The translations under genes were made by a program, and so were the position numbers. The notes under the pieces were generated by a model. That model saw nothing but the letters and a program-made list of their open reading frames with translations, ran no database searches and was not told the origin of the DNA. Positions 37,342 through 48,513 of a stretch of 64,000 nt of DNA are shown here, piece by piece; the stretch's first letter is position 1; each line of letters starts with the position of its first letter. Source of the DNA: Polyangiales bacterium (GTDB lineage Bacteria > Myxococcota_A > Polyangia > Polyangiales > Ga0077539); NCBI GenBank assembly GCA_044229975.1, contig JBGARZ010000002.1, positions 320,001 to 384,000 of the forward strand, given 5' to 3'.

Positions 37342-39564
37342 TCATCGTCCAGCGCGCAGCGGCGCAGCAGGTGCTTCGTGCACCAGCACCACCACCGCGA
37401 GCGGAGGCAAGCTCAGCCGCACCGACTGCGGGTGACCGTGGCTCGCGACGGCTTCGCTCTGCACCGCGCCGGCGTTGCCGACGTCGCTGCCGCCGTAGGT
37501 CGACGCGTCGGTGTTGACGGCCTCGCGCCACCGCCCCGCGCGGGGCACGCCGAGGCGATGCGACTCGCGCACCACCGGCGTCGCGTTGAACACGCACAAC
37601 ACTTCGGGCTCGCCCACGTTTCCGCGGCGCACGAAGGAGAATACGCTGCGCTCGGCGTCGTCGGGGTCGACCCAGCGGAAGCCCTCGGGCACGTCGTCGT
37701 AGCGCCACAGCGCGGGCGTCGATCGCAGCAGTCGGTTGAGGTCGCCGAGCAGCGTCGAGACCCCTCGGTGCATCGGGTCGTCGAGGAGCGACCAGTCGAG
37801 CGAGTGCGTCTCCTGCCACTCGGTGGGCGCGCCGTACTCGGCCCCCATGAACAGCAGCTTGCGACCCGGGTGGCACCACATCCAGGCGTAGAGCGCGCGC
37901 AGGTTGGCGAAGCGCTGCCAGCGGTCGCCGGGCATCTTCTCCAGCAGCGATCGCTTCCCGTGCACGACCTCGTCGTGGGAGAGCGCCAGGATGAAGCGCT
38001 CGCTCCACGCGTAGGTGAGCCCGAAGGTGAGCGCGTGGTGGTGGTGCCGACGATGGATCGGGTCGCGCGCGAAGTACCCGAGGGTGTCGTGCATCCAGCC
38101 CATGTTCCATTTGAGGGTGAACCCCAGGCCGCCGTCGGGGACGGGGCGGGTCACGCCCGGCCACGCGGTGCTCTCCTCGGCGATCACCGACGCGCCGGGA
38201 AACTCCTTGTGGATGAGCGCGTTGAGCTCCTGGAGCAGCGCGACGGCGTCGAGGTTTTCGCGGCCGCCGTGGGCGTTGGGCACCCACTGATCGGTGGCGC
38301 GCGAGTAGTCGAGGTAGAGCATCGAGGCGACGGCGTCGACGCGCAGACCATCGACGTGGAAGTCGGCGACCCAGGCCCGCGCGCTCGCGAGGAGGAAGTT
38401 GCGCACCTCGCGGCGGCCGAAGTTGAAGACGTAGGTTCCCCAGTCGGGGTGCTCGCCCTGGCGCGGGTCGATATGCTCGTAGAGGGCCGTCCCGTCGAAG
38501 CGCGCGAGCGCGAAGGCGTCCTTGGGGAAGTGCGCCGGAACCCAGTCGACGATCACCCCGATGCCGCGGCGGTGCAGGTGGTCGACGAAGGCGCGGAAGT
38601 CGTCGGGGTCGCCGTGGCGCGCCGTCGGGGCGAAGTACCCGGTCACCTGGTAGCCCCACGACGCGTCGAAGGGATGCTCGCCCACGGGGAGCAGCTCGAC
38701 GTGGGTGAAGCCCAGCGCGGCGACGTGGTCGGCGAGCAGCGGGGCGAGCTCACGCCAGGTGAGCCAGCGGTCGCCGTCGTGCCCGACGCGGCGCCACGAC
38801 CCGGCGTGCACCTCGTAGATGGACATCGGTGTCGACTGCGGTACGCGCGCGGCGATCCAGGCGCGGTCGGCCCACTGGTAGTTCGACGCGAAGACGATGG
38901 ACGACTGACCGGGTCGAATCTCGGCGTAGCGCGCGAAGGGATCGCACTTGCGCAACGCTTCTCCCGCGCTGGTCACGAGGTCGAACTGGTACTTCGCGCC
39001 GGCCGAGACGTCGGGGATGAAGATCTCCCAGACGCCGTTGGTGCCGACGCGGCGCAGCGGGTGCGTCGCGGGGTCCCAGAGGTTCCAGTCGCCGACGACG
39101 CTGACTGCGCGGGCGTTGGGAGCCCACACCGCGAAGGCCACGCCGGGGACGCCGTCGATGACGCGGGGGTGGGCGCCGAGGCGCTCGTGGAGCTGCCAGT
39201 GGCGGCCTTCGGCGAAGAGGTGCTCGTCGAGGGAGCCGAAGGTGGGGAGGAAGTTCCAGGGCTCGCGGGTGGTCCAGACGGTGTCGCCGCGGCGGGCCTC
39301 GATGCGGTAGCGGCTGTCGGCGGCGCGCGTCGGCGTCCACGCGGCCCACAAGCCCGACGGGTGGATGCGCTCCATGGTGAGCACCACACCGCTCGCGAGG
39401 TGCACCGACGCAGAGCTCGCGTCGGGGCGCCACGCGCGGATGACGGTGCCATGGGCCTGTGGGTGCGCGCCGAGGATGCGGTGAGCCTCGGCGTGGTCGC
39501 GGCGCGCGAGGTGCTCGACCTCGGCGTCGGTGATGCCTTCCCAGAGTCGCGCCCGGTCGTTCAC
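37342..39564 (-). CDS. glgB: 1,4-alpha-glucan branching enzyme
   Basis: [63 protein letters not shown]. Confidence 0.97.
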   Translation of the reverse strand: MNDRARLWEGITDAEVEHLARRDHAEAHRILGAHPQAHGTVIRAWRPDASSASVHLASGVVLTMERIHPSGLWAAWTPTRAADSRYRIEARRGDTVWTTREPWNFLPTFGSLDEHLFAEGRHWQLHERLGAHPRVIDGVPGVAFAVWAPNARAVSVVGDWNLWDPATHPLRRVGTNGVWEIFIPDVSAGAKYQFDLVTSAGEALRKCDPFARYAEIRPGQSSIVFASNYQWADRAWIAARVPQSTPMSIYEVHAGSWRRVGHDGDRWLTWRELAPLLADHVAALGFTHVELLPVGEHPFDASWGYQVTGYFAPTARHGDPDDFRAFVDHLHRRGIGVIVDWVPAHFPKDAFALARFDGTALYEHIDPRQGEHPDWGTYVFNFGRREVRNFLLASARAWVADFHVDGLRVDAVASMLYLDYSRATDQWVPNAHGGRENLDAVALLQELNALIHKEFPGASVIAEESTAWPGVTRPVPDGGLGFTLKWNMGWMHDTLGYFARDPIHRRHHHHALTFGLTYAWSERFILALSHDEVVHGKRSLLEKMPGDRWQRFANLRALYAWMWCHPGRKLLFMGAEYGAPTEWQETHSLDWSLLDDPMHRGVSTLLGDLNRLLRSTPALWRYDDVPEGFRWVDPDDAERSVFSFVRRGNVGEPEVLCVFNATPVVRESHRLGVPRAGRWREAVNTDASTYGGSDVGNAGAVQSEAVASHGHPQSVRLSLPPLAVVVLVHEAPAAPLRAGR

Positions 39565-40346
39565 AGACACTGACCCTTCACCCTCACGGCGGCGTCTCGC
39601 AAGGGACTTCGTCGCGCGATCGCTCCCTCTACGCAGTGCACGCCCGCGCCGTCGGGCGCCCGCGTCAACACCCTCCCCTCGCCCGACACGATCATCGACC
39701 CGCCCTGCCCCGGCACCCGCGGCTCGCCGCGACCCCAGTTGGCGTTGACCACTGCGCAGCCGTGTCGGGTCGCGAGCGCCGGGAGGATCACCGCGCGTTC
39801 GTCCTCCCTCGGGTCGTCGACCCACGCGCTCGGGAAGAGCAGCGCGTCGACCGAGTCGAGCACCTCGCCCGCCTCGGCGGAGACGAAGTGGATGTCGAAG
39901 CACACCGCCACCGCGAGGCGCCGACCGTGGAGGCTCGCCGTCGGCGTGCCGAGGTCACCGGGCGTCGCCCAGGTCTCGGGAAACCACGGGTGACGCTTGC
40001 GGTAGTGCACCGCGACCGATCCGCGCTCGTCGAGGAGGGCGACGCTGTTGAAGCGGCGCGCGCCGTCGCGCTCGACCCAGGACGCGAGGATGGACACCTC
40101 ATGGGACACCCCGAGCGCGGCGACGCGCGCGAGGAGCGGACCATCGATGGGCTCGGCGAAGCGGGTGAGGTCGAAGTCGCCGCGCGCGGAGACGTAGCCG
40201 GTGAGCGCGAGCTCGGGCAGCACCACCAGCGTCGGGCCGCCCGGAGCGATCGCCGCGAGCGCGCGGTCGAGCGCGGCGACCTGCGTCTCGGCGCGGCCGT
40301 GACGTGCCGGGAGCTCTACCGCGACGACGCGCAGATCGCTGTCCAT
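39561..40346 (-). CDS. Carbon-nitrogen hydrolase family protein
   Basis: [18 protein letters not shown] (E-K-C triad); GTGA-coupled to glgB. Confidence 0.9.
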   Translation of the reverse strand: MDSDLRVVAVELPARHGRAETQVAALDRALAAIAPGGPTLVVLPELALTGYVSARGDFDLTRFAEPIDGPLLARVAALGVSHEVSILASWVERDGARRFNSVALLDERGSVAVHYRKRHPWFPETWATPGDLGTPTASLHGRRLAVAVCFDIHFVSAEAGEVLDSVDALLFPSAWVDDPREDERAVILPALATRHGCAVVNANWGRGEPRVPGQGGSMIVSGEGRVLTRAPDGAGVHCVEGAIARRSPLRDAAVRVKGQCL

Positions 40347-40461
40347 CGCTGCCTCTTCGCTGCGTGGCGTCGTGTCGTCCATCGGCTGCTTCTCGGGTTG
40401 CACATCGTAGTCCGCGGGGGAATCCTCCGGCCGCTCCTCGCCGGAGACGAGTACCACCGAC

Positions 40462-41691
40462 GTGCCAGAAGACCCCTTCGCCCAGTTACACGCCCCCCGT
40501 CGCCGCCGCTGGATCTACGTCGTCGCCGCGCTCGCGGTGGTCGCCGTCATCGCGGTGGTTTACGCCCGTCGGCACCGCGCGCCCGTCGGCCCGCGCTACC
40601 TCACGGCCCGCGTCACCCGCGGCGAGATCGTCGCCTCGGTCGAGACCAGCGGATCGCTCCAGCCCGAAGAGCAGGTGCAGGTCGGCAGCCAGGTGAGCGG
40701 CCGCGTGGCCCACGTCTACGTCGACTTCAACGCCCGCGTGACCCGCGGTCAGCTCCTCGCCGAAATCGACCCGACGTCGTTTCGCGCCGCCGTCGCGCAG
40801 GCCCGCGCCGCCGTGCTCGCCGCCGAGGCGCAGCTCCAGCGGGCCCAGGTCAACGTGCGCGTCACCGGCATCAACCTCCAGCGCGCGACCGACCTGCGCG
40901 AGCGCCAGCTCAACGCCACCGCCGACGTCGACAGCGCCCGCGGCAGCCGCGACCTCGCCAACGCCGACGTCGCCGCCGCGCGCGCCGAGATCGCCCGCGC
41001 CCGCGCCTCGCTCCACAGCGCCGAGACCAACGTGGCCTTCACCCGCATCACGACGCCCATCGCGGGGGTGGTGATCCAGCGCTCCATCGATGAGGGGCAG
41101 ACCGTCGCGGCGAGCTTCCAGGCGCCGACGCTGTTCCAGATCGCGGGCGACCTCACCCGCATGCGCATCATCGCCAACGTCGACGAGGCCGACGTCGCGC
41201 AGATGCGCGAGCACCTCGCGGCGACGGCGCGGGTCGATGCCTTCCCGGGCGAGACCTTCCGCGGCGAGCTCGTCGAGCTGCGCTACGGGTCGCAGACCAC
41301 CAGCGGCGTCGTCACCTACCCCGCGGTCATCTCCGTCGCCAACCCCGACATGAAGCTGCGCCCCGGCATGACCGCGACGGTCACCGTCATCGCCGCGCGC
41401 CACCCCGACGTGCTCTCGGTCCCCAACGCTGCGCTGCGCTTCCGACCGGCGAGCGCCGACGCGGGCACCGCCCCGGAGTCCGACCCCCACCGCGGAACGA
41501 TCTACGTCCTGCGCAACCGTCGGCCGGTCGCGGTGCCCGTGACGCTCGGTCTGCATGACGACCGTCGCACCGAGGTGTCGGGCGCTGGCATCGACGTCGG
41601 CGCCGAGGTGGTGACCGACGAGATCGAGGCGCGACCGTCCTCGTCGACGCCGGGCGCCGGTGTGCCGGGCGCGCGACGGAGATCGCAGTGA
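40462..41691 (+). CDS. MacA-like periplasmic adaptor (membrane fusion protein)
   Basis: VGSQVSG, GQTVAASFQAPTLF, VDEAD, LRPGMTA. Confidence 0.93.
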   Translation: MPEDPFAQLHAPRRRRWIYVVAALAVVAVIAVVYARRHRAPVGPRYLTARVTRGEIVASVETSGSLQPEEQVQVGSQVSGRVAHVYVDFNARVTRGQLLAEIDPTSFRAAVAQARAAVLAAEAQLQRAQVNVRVTGINLQRATDLRERQLNATADVDSARGSRDLANADVAAARAEIARARASLHSAETNVAFTRITTPIAGVVIQRSIDEGQTVAASFQAPTLFQIAGDLTRMRIIANVDEADVAQMREHLAATARVDAFPGETFRGELVELRYGSQTTSGVVTYPAVISVANPDMKLRPGMTATVTVIAARHPDVLSVPNAALRFRPASADAGTAPESDPHRGTIYVLRNRRPVAVPVTLGLHDDRRTEVSGAGIDVGAEVVTDEIEARPSSSTPGAGVPGARRRSQ

Positions 41692-42440
41692 CCGACGCCG
41701 TCATCCAGATGGAGCGCGTCGAGAAGGTCTACCGCACCGGCGAGCTGGTCTTCCACGCGCTGCGAGGCATCTCCATCGAGGTGAAGTCAGGGGAGTTCGT
41801 CGCCGTGGGTGGTCCATCGGGCAGCGGCAAGAGCACGCTCATGAACCTCATCGGCTGCCTCGACCGGCCGAGCGCGGGCCGCTACATGCTCGCGGGCCAC
41901 GACGTCTCGGGCCTCGACGCCGACGCGCGGGCCTTCGCACGCAACCGGCTCATCGGGTTCGTCTTCCAGGGCTTCAACCTCCTGGCGCGCACCTCCGCGC
42001 TGGAGAACGTCGAGCTCCCCCTCGCCTACCGCGGACTCTCGTCGCGCGAGAGGCGACGCCGCGCCATCGAGTCGCTCGCGCTCGTCGGTCTCGCCGACAA
42101 GGTGGACAACACGCCCGCCCAGCTCTCGGGTGGTCAGCAGCAGCGCGTGGCCATCGCGCGGGCGCTCGTCACCGACCCGAAGGTGCTGCTCGCCGATGAG
42201 CCCACGGGCAACCTCGACTCGCGCACGACGGAGGACGTTCTCGCGCTCCTTCAGCGGCTGCACCGCGAGCAGGGGCTCACCATCGTGATGGTCACCCACG
42301 AGCCCGACGTCGCCGCGTGCGCCGAGCGCATCGTGGTGGTGCGCGATGGCCTCATCGGCAACGACGGGCCCAACCCGACGCCTCGCCGCGCGTCGGTCGA
42401 CGCGGGCGACGCCAACCCCCTGCTCGCCGGAAACGCGTAG
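41688..42440 (+). CDS. MacB/LolD-type ABC transporter ATP-binding protein
   Basis: [34 protein letters not shown]. Confidence 0.95.
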   Translation: MTDAVIQMERVEKVYRTGELVFHALRGISIEVKSGEFVAVGGPSGSGKSTLMNLIGCLDRPSAGRYMLAGHDVSGLDADARAFARNRLIGFVFQGFNLLARTSALENVELPLAYRGLSSRERRRRAIESLALVGLADKVDNTPAQLSGGQQQRVAIARALVTDPKVLLADEPTGNLDSRTTEDVLALLQRLHREQGLTIVMVTHEPDVAACAERIVVVRDGLIGNDGPNPTPRRASVDAGDANPLLAGNA

Positions 42441-42447
42441 GCCGCCG

Positions 42448-43674
42448 ATGGGCATGTGGTGGATGGCCTTTCGCCTCGCGCTGCGCTCGCTCACGCGCAA
42501 CAAGCTGCGGGCGTCGCTCACGGTGCTGGGCATCCTCATCGGCGTCGCGGCCGTGGTCGCCATGACGGCCCTCGGCGACGGGGCGAGCGCCAGCATCCAG
42601 AACCAGATGGGGGCGCTCGGCGTGAACCTCCTGTGGGTCTACCCCGGCTCCAACACGTCGTCGGGCGCGCGCGGTGAGACGGGCAGCCGACCGACCCTCT
42701 CCGAAGACGACGCCGAGGCCATCACGCGAGAGCTCTTCACGGTTCAGGCGGTGGCGCCGGTGATCTCGGTGAGCGCGCAGGTGGTCGTCGGGTCGCGCAA
42801 CTTCGCGACGCGGGTGACGGGAACCACGCCCGAGTACCTCCAGGTGCGCGCGTGGCCGGTGGCTCGCGGGGGCGCCTTCACCGACGCGGATGTTCGCATC
42901 GCGGGGCGCGCGTGCCTCATCGGCGAGACGGTGCGGCAGGCGCTCTTCGACCAGGCCGACCCGGTGGGGCAGACCATTCGCATCGGGCGCATCCCGTGCA
43001 CCGTCGTCGGGCTGCTCGCGCCGAAGGGACAGGGGAGCTTCGGGCAGGACTACGACGACACGGTGGTGATGCCCATCTCGGCGGTGCGCGCTCGCTTGCG
43101 TCACTCGCCCGGCCGCGAGGTCGATCAGATCATGGTGTCGGTGCGCGAGCAGGACCTCATGACCCGCGCCCAGGAGCAGGTCACGGCGCTCCTGCGCCAG
43201 CGCCACCGCGTCGCGGAAGGCGACGAAAACGACTTCATGGTCCGCAACCTCCAGGACCTCATGGCGACCCTGGAGCGCACGCGCTCGACGCTCTCCACCC
43301 TGCTGCTCGCCATCGCCTGCATCGCCCTCCTCGTCGGCGGCATCGGCGTCATGAACATCATGCTGGTGAGCGTCTCCGAGCGCACCCGCGAGATCGGCAT
43401 CCGGCTCGCCATCGGCGCCCGCTCGGCGGACATCCTTGCGCAGTTTCTCGTCGAGGCCGTCACGCTGTCAGCCATCGGCGGCCTCGCGGGCCTAGCCCTC
43501 GGCGTCGGCGCGGGCACCGTGCTCGGTCGGGCCATGGAGTGGTCGGTGCGCTTCTCTCCGACGGCGGCGCTCGTGGCCTTCGCGACCTCCGGGGGCATCG
43601 GCATCGTCTTTGGCTATTTCCCCGCGAGACGGGCGGCGCAGCTCGACCCTATCACCGCGCTTCGACACGAGTAG
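42448..43674 (+). CDS. MacB/FtsX-type ABC transporter permease
   Basis: LTVLGILIG, GGIGVMNIMLVSVSERTREIGIR, PARRAAQLDPITALRHE. Confidence 0.95.
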   Translation: MGMWWMAFRLALRSLTRNKLRASLTVLGILIGVAAVVAMTALGDGASASIQNQMGALGVNLLWVYPGSNTSSGARGETGSRPTLSEDDAEAITRELFTVQAVAPVISVSAQVVVGSRNFATRVTGTTPEYLQVRAWPVARGGAFTDADVRIAGRACLIGETVRQALFDQADPVGQTIRIGRIPCTVVGLLAPKGQGSFGQDYDDTVVMPISAVRARLRHSPGREVDQIMVSVREQDLMTRAQEQVTALLRQRHRVAEGDENDFMVRNLQDLMATLERTRSTLSTLLLAIACIALLVGGIGVMNIMLVSVSERTREIGIRLAIGARSADILAQFLVEAVTLSAIGGLAGLALGVGAGTVLGRAMEWSVRFSPTAALVAFATSGGIGIVFGYFPARRAAQLDPITALRHE

Positions 43675-43754
43675 CGGTCTCGGCTCTCCCTCTGTACCCT
43701 CGCGAGGTTTTCCAGGGTCCGCCTCTCCCAACCGTGAAGAAGGTTCTCCCCGCG

Positions 43755-45149
43755 ATGTTCGCGCCGGGCGACGTGGTCGCAGACCGCTACGAGATCGTCC
43801 GAGCGCTCGATTCGGGCGCGATGGGGGAAGTCTTCGAGGCGCTGCACCGCACGCTGCAACGGCGCGTGGCGCTCAAGGTGCTGCGCGCCGAGGTGGGGCA
43901 CAGCGAGGAGAGCATGGAGCGCTTCAGCCGCGAGGCGCAGGCCGCGGCGGCGGTCGGGCACCCCAACATCGTCGACGTCATCGACCTCGGCGTGCACGCG
44001 GGTCGGCCCTTCCTGGTGATGGAGCTGCTCAAGGGGCAGAGCCTGCTCGCGCGGATGCGAGGCACCTACCCGTTGACGGTAGAGGACATCGTGCGCGTGA
44101 CGGCGCAGGTGCTCTCGGGGCTCGCGTCGGCCCACGCGCTCGGGGTGATCCACCGCGACGTGAAGCCCGAGAACGTCTTCGTCCTGGCGGGCTCCGAGCT
44201 GCGGGTGAAGCTCCTCGATTTTGGCGTGTCGAAGTTTGCGCCGTCGCAGGTGCAGCGCCGCGCCTATACCCGCGAGGGCGTGGTGCTCGGGACGCCCCGC
44301 TACATCGCCCCCGAGCAGTGGCTCGACGCGAGCCGGGTCGACCACCGGGCCGACCTCTTCTCGGTGGGCGTTCTGCTCTACGAGCTGCTGACGGGTGCCT
44401 TCCCCTACCCCGGCGACAACGACGCCGACCTCTTCCGCAACCTCGTCGAGCGCGCCATCGAGCCGGAGCCCCCGAGCCGCCTGCGCGCCGATCTCCCGCC
44501 CGGCCTCGACGCCGTCGTGCTCCGCGCGCTGGAGCCCATGCCTGCGATGCGCTTCCCCACGGCGCAGGACTTCCTCGACGCGCTGCGCCCCTTCGGCGCG
44601 ACGGGCATCGACGCCACCGACGCGCCGCCGTCCTCGCAGACCATCCCTCCGCCCGCGCCGCTCAGCATGCTCGCGGTGGAGACCTCCCTCCGTCGCTCGT
44701 CGCGCCCGGCGCCGACCGAGGGCGCGCGTGTCGCGTCGTTGCGCTCGGTCGCATGGCTCGTGCTGGGCAGCGGTCTTGGCGTGCTCTCGGCGGGCTTCGC
44801 ACTGGGTCTGCGCCGATCGCCGCCCGCGCCCATCGTCGCGCCGCGCGTGGTGGTCGAGCACCACACCGTGACCGTTCCTGCGGTGGCGACGACCGCGCGC
44901 ATCACGCTCTTCGAACTGCCCCCCGGCGTGGTGGTTCGCGTGGGCGGGGTGGAGCAGCGCGGCGCGTCCTTCGAGCTGCCGCGGTCGACCACGCCGGTGG
45001 CGATCGAGGTGTCGCACGGCGACGAGACCCGCGAGCTGCGCCTCGTGCCCGACCGCGACCAGACGGTGGTGTTCAGCCCCTTCGACCTCCCCGTCGAGCG
45101 CGAGCCCGAGCGCTCGTCCCGCCGTCGTCGGCGCCACGATCCGCGCTGA
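43755..45149 (+). CDS. Membrane Ser/Thr protein kinase
   Basis: GAMGEV, VALK, HRDVKPEN, DFG, GTPRYIAPE; TM then small beta-rich (PEGA-like) domain. Confidence 0.92.
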   Translation: MFAPGDVVADRYEIVRALDSGAMGEVFEALHRTLQRRVALKVLRAEVGHSEESMERFSREAQAAAAVGHPNIVDVIDLGVHAGRPFLVMELLKGQSLLARMRGTYPLTVEDIVRVTAQVLSGLASAHALGVIHRDVKPENVFVLAGSELRVKLLDFGVSKFAPSQVQRRAYTREGVVLGTPRYIAPEQWLDASRVDHRADLFSVGVLLYELLTGAFPYPGDNDADLFRNLVERAIEPEPPSRLRADLPPGLDAVVLRALEPMPAMRFPTAQDFLDALRPFGATGIDATDAPPSSQTIPPPAPLSMLAVETSLRRSSRPAPTEGARVASLRSVAWLVLGSGLGVLSAGFALGLRRSPPAPIVAPRVVVEHHTVTVPAVATTARITLFELPPGVVVRVGGVEQRGASFELPRSTTPVAIEVSHGDETRELRLVPDRDQTVVFSPFDLPVEREPERSSRRRRRHDPR

Positions 45150-45198
45150 CGGGTGTTGTCTCGCGGTCCAAGAGGCCGCAAGAGTCCCGGTCCCGCCA

Positions 45199-47634
45199 AT
45201 GGCCCCTCCTACTGATCAATCGCGCCCCGGTCCCGTCGTCCTCCTGACCATGTTCGCGGGGTGCGTGACCGTCGTCGGCATCATCCTCGCGGCCCGCGCC
45301 TGGGACGTGGAGCGCGGCGCCCGTCGTCTCTCCTCCGACCTCTCCTCCATCGAGCGCGGCGGTCGCGCGTCGCGTCTCGCCCATCAGCCGGGCTGGGAGG
45401 CGGAAGCGCTGCGGTCGGCCATCGTGGCAGCGTCAGCCCCGTCGCGCACGGCGCTGGTGCGGTCGCCGACCATCTTCGAGGGCCTCACCTCCGCGGTCGT
45501 CGCGGCCGATCGTGTTCGGACGCTCGACGCGAAGGCGGGCGCGGCCCTGGAGGTGGCGGCGAGCGCCGACGGCAACCGCGTGCTCGCGGGATACGGCGAC
45601 GGCACTGCGATCGTGTGGTCGAGCGACGGGCGGCGCCTGTACACGCTGCGCGGGCACTCGGCGGCCATCCTCGCGGTGGCCCTCTCGACCAACGGTGACG
45701 TAGCAGTCACCGGCGGCGCCGATCAGACGGCGCGTGTGTGGTCGCTCGTGGGCGGCGCGGCGCGCGAGGTCGCGGTGCTGCGGGGCCACGAAGACGCGGT
45801 CACCGTGGTGGCGATCTCCGCGGATGCGCGCCGGGTCCTCACCGCGGGTCGCGACCGCACCGCGCGCCTCTGGACGCTCTCCAACGACGGCGCGGGCGCG
45901 CCCCTCGCGCTCGCGGCCACGGCAGGCTGGATCGAGTGCGCGAACTTCTCCGCCGACGGCACGCGGGTGGTGACGGGTGGCGGCGACAACCTCGCCCGCG
46001 TGTGGAACGCCGTCGACGGCACCCTGGTGCAGACCCTCACCGCACACCACGGGGGCCTGCTCGACGCGCGCTTCGTGGGTGATGGGTCACGGGTGGTCAC
46101 CGCCTCGCGCGATCGCGGTGCGCGCATCTGGGACGTGGCGACGGGCGCGACGCTGCACGCCTTCGACGGGCAGCGGGGCATCGTGACGCGAGCCGTTCCG
46201 AGCCCCAACGGCGAGCGGGTGCTGACCGCGAGCGCGGACGGGTCGGCTGCCATCTGGGACGCGGGCACCGGCGCGCTCCTGCAGACGCTGACGGGGCACC
46301 GCGGGGTGGTCTACGACGCGCGCTGGTCGGCCGACGGGTCGGACGTGGCGACGGCGGGTGAGGACGGCACCGTGCGGCTGTGGCGCGGCGACGGCGGGCG
46401 CGCGGTGGAGACTTTCGCGGGGCACGCGGGCGCGGTGCGTTCGGTGCGCTTCCTGCCCGGCGTCGGGAGGCTGGTCAGCGCGGGGGACGACGGCACCGTG
46501 CGCTTGTGGCGCGCGTCGGCGGATGGGGCGACGGCGGTGTTTCGCGAGCACCACGATCCGGTGCTCGACGTGAGCTTCTCGCCCGACGGGCGGCGGGTGC
46601 TGAGCGCGGGCTGGGACAGCGAGGCTCACCTCTGGGACCCCGCGACGGGACGGGGACTCACGTCGCTGGAGGGCCATGAAGACCGCGTGCTGATGGCCCG
46701 CTTCGCCCCCGACGGACAGCACATCGCGACGGCCTCGGGCGACCACGACGCGCGGCTCTGGACCACGTCGACGGGAGCCTTCGAGCGCTCGCTGCGCGGC
46801 CACGGGAGCTGGGTGCGGGCGCTGGCGTACTCGCGCGACGGCGCGACGCTGGTGACGGCGGGCAACGACGGCACGACGAGGCTCTGGCGCACCAGCGATG
46901 GCAGCGCGATCGGGACGCTGGCGAGCGGCAACGCCGAGGTGTGGTCGGTGGCGTTTTCGCCCGACGGGCGCCGCGTCGTGACGGGCGCGGGCGACCGGGT
47001 GGTGCGGGTGTGGGACGTGGCGGGGCAACGCCTCGCGCACAGCCTCACGGGGCACCAGGGCACGGTGACGCGGGTGATGTTCACGCCCGATGGCGAGCGG
47101 GTGCTGAGCGCCAGCGAGGACGGGACGGCGCGGCTGTGGGACGCGCGCGGCGGTCGATCGCTCGCGGTGCTGGGTGACCACGGCGATGGTCACCGCGGGG
47201 CGGTGACGGTGGCGACGTGCAACGAGAGCGGGCGCTTCATCCTCACGGCGGGCGCCGATGGCACCGCGCGCGTCTGGAACGCCAACAGCGCCCGCCAGGT
47301 GGCGGTGTTGATGGGTCATGTGGGGGCGATCAACGCGGGCACCTTCGCGACCGAGGCCGACCTCGTGGCGACTGCTGGGAGCGATGGCACGGTGCGGATC
47401 TTCCACGGGCCTTCGGGTGAGCTGCTGGCGACGCTCGCGGGGCACGAGGGGCCGGTGCGCGCGCTCGCGGTGTCGCCCGACGGGCGGTCGCTCGTGAGCG
47501 GCGGGGACGACACGACGGTGCGGGTCGTTCCGCTCAGCTACGAGGCGTGGCTGGCGCGGGCTTGCGGGTTGTCGAGGGAGCGGGATGACGGGGAGACGCG
47601 GCGTCTGTGCGCGGAGGCGCGACCGACGCCGTAG
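45199..47634 (+). CDS. Membrane-anchored WD40 repeat protein (16 repeats counted)
   Basis: N-terminal hydrophobic segment, repeated GH...SPDG...D.T.RLWD units. Confidence 0.92.
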   Translation: MAPPTDQSRPGPVVLLTMFAGCVTVVGIILAARAWDVERGARRLSSDLSSIERGGRASRLAHQPGWEAEALRSAIVAASAPSRTALVRSPTIFEGLTSAVVAADRVRTLDAKAGAALEVAASADGNRVLAGYGDGTAIVWSSDGRRLYTLRGHSAAILAVALSTNGDVAVTGGADQTARVWSLVGGAAREVAVLRGHEDAVTVVAISADARRVLTAGRDRTARLWTLSNDGAGAPLALAATAGWIECANFSADGTRVVTGGGDNLARVWNAVDGTLVQTLTAHHGGLLDARFVGDGSRVVTASRDRGARIWDVATGATLHAFDGQRGIVTRAVPSPNGERVLTASADGSAAIWDAGTGALLQTLTGHRGVVYDARWSADGSDVATAGEDGTVRLWRGDGGRAVETFAGHAGAVRSVRFLPGVGRLVSAGDDGTVRLWRASADGATAVFREHHDPVLDVSFSPDGRRVLSAGWDSEAHLWDPATGRGLTSLEGHEDRVLMARFAPDGQHIATASGDHDARLWTTSTGAFERSLRGHGSWVRALAYSRDGATLVTAGNDGTTRLWRTSDGSAIGTLASGNAEVWSVAFSPDGRRVVTGAGDRVVRVWDVAGQRLAHSLTGHQGTVTRVMFTPDGERVLSASEDGTARLWDARGGRSLAVLGDHGDGHRGAVTVATCNESGRFILTAGADGTARVWNANSARQVAVLMGHVGAINAGTFATEADLVATAGSDGTVRIFHGPSGELLATLAGHEGPVRALAVSPDGRSLVSGGDDTTVRVVPLSYEAWLARACGLSRERDDGETRRLCAEARPTP

Positions 47635-47643
47635 GGGCGGGAA

Positions 47644-48513
47644 TCAGGCCTTCTTGTAGCGCTCGGCGACGTCGGCGCCGTGCACGCCCTGAAGGAGGTC
47701 GAGGTCCTTGTTGGTGCCGAGGAGCAGTCCGATGTTCTTCGCGGTGAGGCTGTCGAAGATCTCCTGACCGACCTCGTCGCCGACGTGCTCCTTGTACATG
47801 CGAGAGAGGGCCTCGAAGTCCTTGATGAAGCACGCGCCGCCCGCGCCGCGGCCCGACTTGTGGATCGGGTTCATGTACGTCGGGCCGTTGTCCGGGTCGG
47901 CGGACATCGCCTGGCGGATGACGTCCCAGTTGCCGCCCTGCTTCGCGACGAGGTCGTAGAAGAGGTTGATGAACACCACGCGCACGAAGCCGAGCGCGTT
48001 GCGGCCGTACTTGATGAACTCCGCCTCGCGCGCCGAGCACACCACCGAGTAGGGCGCCTTCGGGAGCACGCTGAGCACGTCGTCGGCGGCCTTGTGATAC
48101 TCGGCCGTCTCGATGGGGATGCCGACGATGTTGCGCGTCGGGTTCTCGGCGTCGTGCTTGGCCGAGACCACCGACAGGAACTCCGGCGAGTGCATCACCT
48201 TCACGTCGGGGTACTGCGCCTGGATGGACTCCGTGGTGCCCGGCAGCAGGGTCGACTTGATGACCACCGTCTTGCCCTTGCCGACGAGCGCGATGGTGCC
48301 GCGCACGATGCTGTCGTCGAAGCCCTCCGGCGTGGTGGGCGTGGGCACCGCGACGAAGACGATGTCGCAGTCCTTGATGAGCCCGGCGTTGTTTCGATAG
48401 GGCTCCTCCATGGCGTAGCGGGCGACCTTGTATCCGCGGCGCTCGAAGTCGTCCGAGTAGGTCTTGCCGATCCAGCCCTGGCCGATGAATCCGATGGTCT
48501 TGTCCGTGCTCAT
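47644..48513 (-). CDS. Short UDP-glucose/GDP-mannose dehydrogenase family protein
   Basis: GQGWIG, AVPTP, IKST, SPEFL, IKYGRN, GGACFIKD; only 289 aa. Confidence 0.88.
   Translation of the reverse strand: MSTDKTIGFIGQGWIGKTYSDDFERRGYKVARYAMEEPYRNNAGLIKDCDIVFVAVPTPTTPEGFDDSIVRGTIALVGKGKTVVIKSTLLPGTTESIQAQYPDVKVMHSPEFLSVVSAKHDAENPTRNIVGIPIETAEYHKAADDVLSVLPKAPYSVVCSAREAEFIKYGRNALGFVRVVFINLFYDLVAKQGGNWDVIRQAMSADPDNGPTYMNPIHKSGRGAGGACFIKDFEALSRMYKEHVGDEVGQEIFDSLTAKNIGLLLGTNKDLDLLQGVHGADVAERYKKA

Noticed and set aside
45500..47530. WD40 DNA periodicity as CRISPR array or diversity-generating repeats
   Set aside because: Units are coding and highly diverged at DNA level; no identical repeats/spacers, cas or RT genes
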